From Chloroflexota bacterium (GTDB taxonomy: Bacteria > Chloroflexota > Dehalococcoidia > UBA2979), in contig BTUI01000009.1 in the NCBI GenBank assembly GCA_045863195.1, positions 51,951-115,950 on the forward strand: DNA of 64,000 nt, in the 5' to 3' direction. Positions 58,252 through 64,000 of the stretch are shown here, one piece after another. The stretch's first letter is position 1. Each line of letters opens with the position of its first letter. The notes beneath the pieces are model-generated. The model was not told where the DNA came from, made no database searches, and saw only the letters and a program-made list of their open reading frames with translations. The position numbers and the translations under genes were made by a program.

Positions 58252-59076
58252 TCACGCCTCGGGCGGGAGTCCCGGGCGGATGAGGCGGTCGTACAGGAGG
58301 CCGCCGGCGAGCCCGCCGATGAGCGGCCCCGCGAGGTAGACCCAGAAGCCGCCACGCGGGCCGGGGATCGCGATCTCGCCCCACCCCGCCGCGAGCGCGA
58401 CGAGCCTTGGCCCGAGGTCGCGCGCCGGATTCCACCCGGCCTGTGTCGCGGGCGCGAACAGGCTGATGAGTACGGCCACCGTGAAGCCGATGAAGAACGG
58501 GGCGAGCCACTTCGGCCGGACGCCGTTCCGGGGCTCGGTCAGGGCGAAGATCATGCACACCAGCACAGCCGTCCCGAACGCCTCGATGCCTGCGGCCATC
58601 AGCGGGGAGACCAGTGCTTCCGCCTCCGGCCCCGTGCCGAAGATCGCCGGGTTCGGGAAGTACTCGCCGAAGACCATCGCGGAGCGCTCGGAGCCGGGCG
58701 CGCCGCGCTCGATCCCCTCGGCGGCCTCGAACCGCTCGATGAACGGGTGGAAGGTGGCGAGGACGACCGCGCCCGCGAGCGCCGCGCCCGCGAGTTGCGC
58801 TCCCCAGTAGGGAAGGACGCGCGACCTCGGGAAGGTGTCCGGTCGCAGGACGGCGACAGCGAGCGTCACCGCCGGGTTCAGGTGCGCTCCGGACACGGCG
58901 GCGGTCGCGTAGATCGCGAGCGTGACGCCGAAGCCCCAGACCACGGCCACCTGCCAGAGGCCGACCTGGGCGCCGGTCACCACCGCGGCGGCGACTGACC
59001 CGGTGCCGAACAACACCAGCAGGAAGGTTCCGACGACCTCCGCGGTGCAGGCGCGTGCGAGCGAGGTCGAGGTCAC
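58252..59076 (-). CDS. MIP-family aquaglyceroporin (AqpS/GlpF-like)
   Basis: Two NPA boxes (HLNPAV, NPARD). The GTG start forms a GTGA overlap with the upstream arsC-like stop. Confidence 0.85.
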   Translation of the reverse strand: MTSTSLARACTAEVVGTFLLVLFGTGSVAAAVVTGAQVGLWQVAVVWGFGVTLAIYATAAVSGAHLNPAVTLAVAVLRPDTFPRSRVLPYWGAQLAGAALAGAVVLATFHPFIERFEAAEGIERGAPGSERSAMVFGEYFPNPAIFGTGPEAEALVSPLMAAGIEAFGTAVLVCMIFALTEPRNGVRPKWLAPFFIGFTVAVLISLFAPATQAGWNPARDLGPRLVALAAGWGEIAIPGPRGGFWVYLAGPLIGGLAGGLLYDRLIRPGLPPEA

Positions 59077-59714
59077 CGGCCCACCGGCTGGTGCGACTCG
59101 ACCGCGATCCCGAGTTCCGCGAGCAGCCACATGACGCGGTCGCGGATCTCGTCACGGATGCGGCGCACCACCTCGATCCCCTGTCCGGCCGGGTCGTCTA
59201 GTTCCCAGTCCAGGTAGCGCTTACCGGGGTAGATGGTGCACGCGTCGCCGCAGCCCATGGTGATCACCACGTCCGCCGCCTCCACGAGTTCGTCCGTGAG
59301 CGGCTTTGGGAACTCCTGGTCGAGCGAGAGCCCGAGCTCCGCCATCGCCTCGCGCACCACGGGGTTGATCTCCCACGCCGGCGCGGAGCCGGCGGAGCGG
59401 ACGTGCACCCGGTCGCCGCCAAGGGCCGCCGTCAGAACCGCCGCCATCTGCGACCGGCCCGCATTGTGGACGCAGACGAACAGGACTTCCGGGACGTCCT
59501 TCCGGATCGTGCCGCGGGCCTGTGCCAGCGCCGTCAGGCGCTCGCGCGCCGTGCGCCGCGCGAAGAGCGGCACGAACGCGTCGATGCGCGCTCGGGCGAA
59601 GTGCTCCGTCGCCTGCTCCATGTACCGCAGCACGGTCTCGCGGCTCACCTGGCCGGCGAACTCCGCCGCCAGCAGTTCCGCTTCGTGCCGCAGTCGCTCG
59701 TCACGGTCGTCCAT
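59073..59714 (-). CDS. arsC: LMW-PTP-family arsenate reductase (Trx-coupled ArsC type) with about 75-aa N-terminal helical extension
   Basis: P-loop CVHNAGRS; second/third Cys in TMGCGDAC; 213 aa. Confidence 0.7.
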   Translation of the reverse strand: MDDRDERLRHEAELLAAEFAGQVSRETVLRYMEQATEHFARARIDAFVPLFARRTARERLTALAQARGTIRKDVPEVLFVCVHNAGRSQMAAVLTAALGGDRVHVRSAGSAPAWEINPVVREAMAELGLSLDQEFPKPLTDELVEAADVVITMGCGDACTIYPGKRYLDWELDDPAGQGIEVVRRIRDEIRDRVMWLLAELGIAVESHQPVGR

Positions 59715-59715
59715 C

Positions 59716-60420
59716 TCACTCCCCCGCCTGCGGCACGCGGTGCCGCGTCCGTGGCCGCACGTGCTGGGCGAGCGTGCTGACACGCGCTTCCAGCCGGTGC
59801 AGCGCCGCTTCGAAGTCCTCCGGTCGCCCGCCCGCCGCCGGGTCAGGCACCGACCAGTGCAGGTCCGCCGGGGGCGCGCCGCGTTCCTCGTGCGCCTGGT
59901 CGCACACCGTGACCACGAGGTCACCGGGACGCGCGACCGCACCGAGTTCGGCCGGGGCGTGGTCGAGGTCCAGGCCGGCGCGCTCCGCCGTCGCGCGTGC
60001 CAGCGGATGCACCTCGGGCGCCGGGTGCGTGCCGGCGCTCGCGACGCCGACGGCGGCGCCGGAGCGACGCCAGAGCGCCTCCGCCAGCGGCGAGCGCGCC
60101 GAGTTCGCCGTGCAGACAAAGAGCACCCGGTCTGCCTCCAGCGGCGCGCCCCGCTCCGGCAGCATCGCGCGTCCCGCCTCGGTCAGCACGAGGTAGCGAC
60201 GGCGATGGTCGCCCGCGGAGACGCGGCGCTCGATGAGCCCGGCCGCCTCCAGGGTGCGGAGGTGGTGGGCGAGCAGGTTGGACGGCACCGCCAACGCCGC
60301 TTCCACCTCGGACGGGGCGAGGTCGGTGAGCGCGAGCGCCTCGACGATCGCCAGCCGGAGCGGTTCGCCGAGGGCGGCGTGCGCGGCCGCGCGGGCCGTG
60401 AGGGCGGCGGTGAACTCCAT
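59716..60420 (-). CDS. arsR: ArsR-family HTH regulator fused to an LMW-PTP/ArsC-like domain
   Basis: N-terminus LRLAIVEAL..LLAHHLRTLEAAGLIERR (ArsR wHTH); C-terminus VLFVCTANSARS (CX5R P-loop) and VTVCDQAHEE. Confidence 0.75.
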   Translation of the reverse strand: MEFTAALTARAAAHAALGEPLRLAIVEALALTDLAPSEVEAALAVPSNLLAHHLRTLEAAGLIERRVSAGDHRRRYLVLTEAGRAMLPERGAPLEADRVLFVCTANSARSPLAEALWRRSGAAVGVASAGTHPAPEVHPLARATAERAGLDLDHAPAELGAVARPGDLVVTVCDQAHEERGAPPADLHWSVPDPAAGGRPEDFEAALHRLEARVSTLAQHVRPRTRHRVPQAGE

Positions 60421-60434
60421 GCGGCGAGGCTAGT

Positions 60435-60448
60435 ATCTCGCAAGAGAT
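60435..60448. promoter_or_regulatory. dyad ATCTC-GCAA-GAGAT in the AT-rich arsR / ferredoxin divergent region (candidate ArsR operator)
   Basis: Seen in the sequence, 15 nt upstream of the arsR start. Confidence 0.3.
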
Positions 60449-60598
60449 TGAGTCAAGATGTATCGAGTGATAGCACGCCAGCCGAGGGGCGCACGCCCCC
60501 GCTGCCGAGGGGCATTAGACCTCGGGCGGGAGTCTCGGTAGGATTCTGCCGGACTCTGCCCCGACGGCGCGTGCCGTCCGCGCGGAAAGGCTCAGCGC

Positions 60599-61795
60599 GT
60601 GGCGTTCGTCATTACCGAGACCTGCATCGACACGCGGGACCAGGCGTGTGTGGACGTTTGCCCGGTGGATTGCATCCACTTCGAAGATGGCAAAGACCGC
60701 ATGCTCTACATCAACCCTGCGGAATGCATCGACTGCGGGGCGTGCCAGCCGGCCTGCCCCGTCAGCGCGATCTTCCCGGAGGGTGACGTCCCGGCGAACC
60801 TGAACCGGTTCATCGAGATCAACTCGCTCTGGTACGAGAACGCGGACGCCGCCCGCGCCAAGGTCGGCGGTGGCGGTGGTGCCGCCGCGCCGGCCGCTGC
60901 TCCGGCGGCCGCGCCCGCCGAGGGCGGTGAAGCGCCGGCCGAGGCCCCCGCTGCTGCGGAGGCCGCGCCCGTTGCCGCTGCCGCCGCGCCCGCGGCCCCG
61001 GCCGCGAAGGCCGCCCCGGTGGCGGCGGTACAGCAGGTGCCCGCGGTTCCGGTCGGAAGCCACGGCGGCGTCCAGGCCTCGAAGTACCGCCTCCCGAAGG
61101 CGACCGGTGTCGCCTCCCTCGCCGCGTTCGCGGCGGCGGTGTATGTGATGTTCGTCTTCCCCGGCCCAACCTGGATCGAACTGTCCTGGGCGGAGGGGTT
61201 GTTCAAGGCGATCGGCATCGACAACGGTGGCGGCGTGGGCATCACGGTGGCGCTGCTGCTGCCGCTGGCGCCGCTGCTGCTCCTCGTCCACCTCGCGATC
61301 CAGTTCGGCGACTTCAACAAGTTCGCCGCCTCGCACGAGCGCAACCTCGCCAAGTGGCGGGCGCGCGGCCCGCAGTGGCGGCGCAACGAGGAGTCCCGCC
61401 GCTACCTGCTCGCGGAGACGGTCGCCGCGATCGCCAAGGACCGCTTCGACTACACGCCCGAGGTCGGCGTGAAGACGTACGTGAACCTCCCGGAGCCCCA
61501 GATGGGCGTGGAGGTCCGCGGCACGGGCGACAAGGTCTTCCCGGACATCGTTACGCTGCGCCCCGGCAACCAGCCGGTCGCCATCGTGCAGGTGGAGACG
61601 AAGGAGACGGTCACGCGCGACCAGGCGGCGTACGTCTGGGCGATGCTGGAGAACCGCACCTGCCCGCTCTACATTTACGTCCCCGCCGGCATGCTCCGCC
61701 GCGCGAAGGACTACGCGAAGGCGGTCGGGCTGAAGAACGTGAAGTTCCGCACCTGGCGCTGGAGCCCCAACGGCATGGTCGTGAAGGAGGCGTAG
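60599..61795 (+). CDS. 7Fe (FdxA-type) ferredoxin domain fused via Ala/Pro-rich linker and a TM segment to a C-terminal PD-(D/E)xK-like domain
   Basis: N-terminus CIDTRDQACVDVCPVDCI...CIDCGACQPACP (3Fe-4S/4Fe-4S pattern); linker AAAPAAAPAAAPAEGG..; TM helices; C-terminus ..PDIVTLRPGNQPVAIVQVETKE.. (PD...ExK). Confidence 0.6.
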   Translation: MAFVITETCIDTRDQACVDVCPVDCIHFEDGKDRMLYINPAECIDCGACQPACPVSAIFPEGDVPANLNRFIEINSLWYENADAARAKVGGGGGAAAPAAAPAAAPAEGGEAPAEAPAAAEAAPVAAAAAPAAPAAKAAPVAAVQQVPAVPVGSHGGVQASKYRLPKATGVASLAAFAAAVYVMFVFPGPTWIELSWAEGLFKAIGIDNGGGVGITVALLLPLAPLLLLVHLAIQFGDFNKFAASHERNLAKWRARGPQWRRNEESRRYLLAETVAAIAKDRFDYTPEVGVKTYVNLPEPQMGVEVRGTGDKVFPDIVTLRPGNQPVAIVQVETKETVTRDQAAYVWAMLENRTCPLYIYVPAGMLRRAKDYAKAVGLKNVKFRTWRWSPNGMVVKEA

Positions 61796-61822
61796 TCCTC
61801 CACACCCTCGGCGATGACAGAC

Positions 61823-61852
61823 GGCCCCGGCACCTGCCGGGGCCGTTTCGTT
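61823..61852 (+). terminator. intrinsic terminator GGCCCCGGC-acct-GCCGGGGCC followed by GTTTCGTT
   Basis: 9-bp GC stem plus T-rich tail immediately after the ferredoxin-fusion stop. Confidence 0.55.
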
Positions 61853-61940
61853 GGCGCTCGTTGTGGGCCGGTGGGTGCGGCCAGGAGACGCGTAGGATCG
61901 GGCCGCGTTCGTTGCGTGCTGCATCCAGGGAGGTGCCCCC

Positions 61941-62336
61941 ATGCCGCGGTTCGTCGTCGACGCTGGCGTCGTGCTCCACCTGGCCAGCACCGGCTTCGAG
62001 GTCGGCACGGATCACCGCCTGCTCGCGCCCACGCTGCTGCGCTCGCAGGTGCTGTCCGTGCTGCACGAGGCGGTCCAGCGAGGCGACCTGCCCGCAGACG
62101 TTGCTCGAGGCCAGCTCAAGCGGGTGGGGAAGATGCCGATCCGGCTCCTTGGCGACGCGGTCCTGCGCGAGCGGGCCTGGCAGGTAGCGGACCAGCTGGG
62201 GTGGCCGTCGACCTACACGGCGGAGTACATCGCGTTGACGCAGTTGCAGGCGGACGCGTTCGTCACCCTCGATGCGGATCTCGCGCTGAGCGTGCGCGGG
62301 CTGGTGGCGACCGCGTCCGTCGACGACCTGCGCTGA
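61941..62336 (+). CDS. PIN-domain protein (VapC-like), no adjacent antitoxin ORF
   Basis: MPRFVVDAGVVL..D..; ..TLDADL.. acidic residues in PIN spacing; GGGAGG RBS. Confidence 0.65.
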   Translation: MPRFVVDAGVVLHLASTGFEVGTDHRLLAPTLLRSQVLSVLHEAVQRGDLPADVARGQLKRVGKMPIRLLGDAVLRERAWQVADQLGWPSTYTAEYIALTQLQADAFVTLDADLALSVRGLVATASVDDLR

Positions 62337-62358
62337 CGGCTGGTGACGGGGGCGCCCT

Positions 62359-63078
62359 CTACGGGATCGAGGCGATGCGGCCCGCCTTCAGGACGTTCTT
62401 GAGCGCCTCGCGCTTGCTGAGGGGGCTGAGGCGGTCCGCGTGCGCCGTCACGTACCGCACCACCTCGTCCGGGTCGGTCCAGGCGTACTGGCGGAGCGCC
62501 CAACCGATCGCCTTGCGGATGAAGAACTCGCGGTCGCCCAGATTCGGCTCGATGCAGTCGTACAGCAGGCGCAGGTCGGTCGCCTGCTTGTGCTTCAACT
62601 GGCAGATGATGGCAGCGCGCCGCTTCCACATCTCGGGCGCGGTGCTCCACTCGCGCATGCGGGCCGCCGTCCAGTCGGGCTCGCGTTGGTGCAGTTCGTC
62701 GAGCAGATTGCCGGCGGTCTCGTCGACCAGGTCCCACCACGCGCCGGTGACCACGAACTCCTCGTACATCGGGAATGCCGCGCGCGTCCGGTGCCCCCGG
62801 TAGAGGCGGTGCTGCGCCAGCGCGAGCGTCGCGTATCGTTCCTCGCGGTGGGTCGCCTCGCGCCACAGGGCGAGCACGGTGTCGCGCCAGTCATCGAACC
62901 CGTCGAGGGGATGCGTGGCGAAGACCTCGCGGAAGATGCGTTGCACCTGCGGGAGCGTGACGCCGTAGTAGGGCATCGTGGACTTCATGTAGTGCTGCAT
63001 CTGCGGCGCTTTCGCCGGGTCGGCGGCGGCCTGCAGCGCCTCGCGGACGGCGGCGATGAGCACGCGGTCGGCGGTCAC
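62359..63078 (-). CDS. DNA alkylation repair protein (AlkC/AlkD HEAT-like repeat family)
   Basis: ..QMQHYMKSTMPYYGV..; ..REFFIRKAIGWALRQY.. typical AlkD. The GTG start forms a GTGA overlap with the DUF488 gene. Confidence 0.75.
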   Translation of the reverse strand: MTADRVLIAAVREALQAAADPAKAPQMQHYMKSTMPYYGVTLPQVQRIFREVFATHPLDGFDDWRDTVLALWREATHREERYATLALAQHRLYRGHRTRAAFPMYEEFVVTGAWWDLVDETAGNLLDELHQREPDWTAARMREWSTAPEMWKRRAAIICQLKHKQATDLRLLYDCIEPNLGDREFFIRKAIGWALRQYAWTDPDEVVRYVTAHADRLSPLSKREALKNVLKAGRIASIP

Positions 63079-63437
63079 GACGCCCCGCTCAGCCGCTCCC
63101 GGATGACCGCGGCCAGCACGGCGCGGTGGCACGCCGTCTCGTCCGCGGCCTCGCCGAGCAACACCACGCCCGTCCCGGCGGCCATCCGTGCGGCCCACGC
63201 CACGAGGTTGGCGCGCCCCGCCAGCTCCTCCCGGTAGCGCGCCTCGAACGTCGCGGGGTCGAGCGCCCCGGCGTCGCGCGCCGCCTCGAGGGCAACGCTG
63301 GGCGCGAGGTCGGGCTCCCACTGGTCGACCGCGCGGCGGTCGATGCCGGCGGGCCAGCGCCGTGTGGTCAGCAGGCGCGGCAGGGGATCCTCGGGCGGTG
63401 CGTGGACGCTTCCGAGGACGATGCGCGCTTCGCTCAA
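63075..63437 (-). CDS. DUF488-family protein
   Basis: ..WPAGIDRRAVDQWEPDLAPS..LR..F..DP.. pattern. TTG start overlapping the upstream stop (TTGA). Confidence 0.6.
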   Translation of the reverse strand: MSEARIVLGSVHAPPEDPLPRLLTTRRWPAGIDRRAVDQWEPDLAPSVALEAARDAGALDPATFEARYREELAGRANLVAWAARMAAGTGVVLLGEAADETACHRAVLAAVIRERLSGAS

Positions 63438-64000
63438 CGCGTGGCCGCCATCGTGTGCGCGAGCGCGCCCGGCAGCCCGAGGTCGGGGGCGCCCGCGAGC
63501 GATCCGACCGACTGCAGCTCGCCGGCGTGCGAGAAGACGTGCGCGGCGCTTCGGGCGACCTGCACGCCGATGGGGCCGCGAGTACGACCGGCCTCGATCG
63601 CCGCGCCGAGCGCTGCTGCGTCGAGGCTGGCGAGCCACGCGTCGGCCGTTGCGAGCGTGCGCCCCATCGCATCGAGCACCTCGGACGGCGGCACCGGCGC
63701 GGGCGGGGCTCGGAAGTCGAACGAGCCGACGAACGGGTCGGCGTCGCGGCGCTGCGCGAGCACGTTCCAGAAGCGGTCCTCGCGCGCGAGGGTGTGGAGG
63801 GCGGTGTAGGAGCCGGGGTTGAGCGACACGATCTCGCCGGTCAACGCCGGCAGCGGCAGCGCCGCGAACGTCCGCCGGAGTTCCACGTAGCCATCGCGCA
63901 GCAGCGCCGCCACCATCGATGCGGAGGCATCGTCGGTGTCGATACCCTCGGTGGTGCGGGTGAGCGGGCCGGGGAGCCCGAGGTCTCCCGCGCCGGCGAG
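63434..64000 (-). CDS. DinB_2/DUF664-like protein; the frame stays open to the window edge (5'-partial or tandem repeat)
   Basis: 160-aa ORF from 63916. The same frame upstream to 64000 has no stop and repeats the motif LAGA(P/G)DLGLPG(A/P)L. Confidence 0.45.
   Translation of the reverse strand, partial: LAGAGDLGLPGPLTRTTEGIDTDDASASMVAALLRDGYVELRRTFAALPLPALTGEIVSLNPGSYTALHTLAREDRFWNVLAQRRDADPFVGSFDFRAPPAPVPPSEVLDAMGRTLATADAWLASLDAAALGAAIEAGRTRGPIGVQVARSAAHVFSHAGELQSVGSLAGAPDLGLPGALAHTMAATR

Noticed and set aside
59716-60420. Considered calling the ArsR-LMWPTP fusion a frameshifted pair of genes
   Set aside because: Single uninterrupted frame with no internal stop or RBS between the domains. 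Kept as a genuine fusion.
63126-63809. 227-aa plus-strand ORF antisense to DUF488/DinB_2 genes
   Set aside because: No motifs, Arg/Ala-rich. The minus-strand genes have family signatures and coupled starts.

Overview
Strand-by-strand read of a 64-kb chromosomal window from a high-GC bacterium (about 70% GC by eye). Many of the long ORFs in the supplied track are high-GC frame artefacts; I do not list them as genes. Gene content points to Terrabacteria (Actinomycetota-like or Chloroflexota/Thermomicrobia-like: F420/LLM enzyme, PimA/PgsA1-type inositol-lipid genes, FdxA-type ferredoxin, short IF-2 and EF-Ts), but I cannot resolve the organism. I recognise about 70 genes. Core blocks, all on the minus strand: (i) rbfA-truB-infB-ylxR-nusA; (ii) rpsB-tsf-frr-uppS-cdsA-dxr-rseP-ispG (pyrH absent); (iii) an NAD de novo cluster (nadA-thioesterase-nadB-nadC-P-loop kinase) preceded by an MFS transporter, an LLM oxidoreductase and an NrtR-like Nudix regulator, with a 21-bp palindrome in front of nadA; (iv) miaB and tRNA-Ser(GCU); (v) a six-gene mrp cation/proton antiporter operon; (vi) sucCD. 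Accessory material: a phosphatidylinositol / PIM-type lipid locus (PHP phosphoesterase-pimA-pgsA-Trx-like, two tandem LpxL/HtrB acyltransferases, myo-inositol-1-phosphate synthase and a divergent LysR regulator); a low-GC orphan gene next to sucC; lipoproteins (PEBP, GH-like); a CaCA antiporter; a copper cluster (CorE-like Cys-rich ECF sigma plus CopB-type CPH P1B-ATPase with a His-rich N-terminus); an arsenic-type cluster (ArsR-LMWPTP fusion, a second LMW-PTP arsenate-reductase-like gene, an aquaglyceroporin, PAS proteins); a membrane-anchored 7Fe-ferredoxin fused to a PD-(D/E)xK-like domain; an orphan PIN/VapC; and a DinB_2-DUF488-AlkD operon running off the window edge. Two tRNA-Ser genes, several hairpin terminators and one unannotated 48-aa zinc-ribbon ORF were found by eye. 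No CRISPR array, transposase, integrase or rRNA was seen. All family assignments rest on remembered motifs, not on searches.
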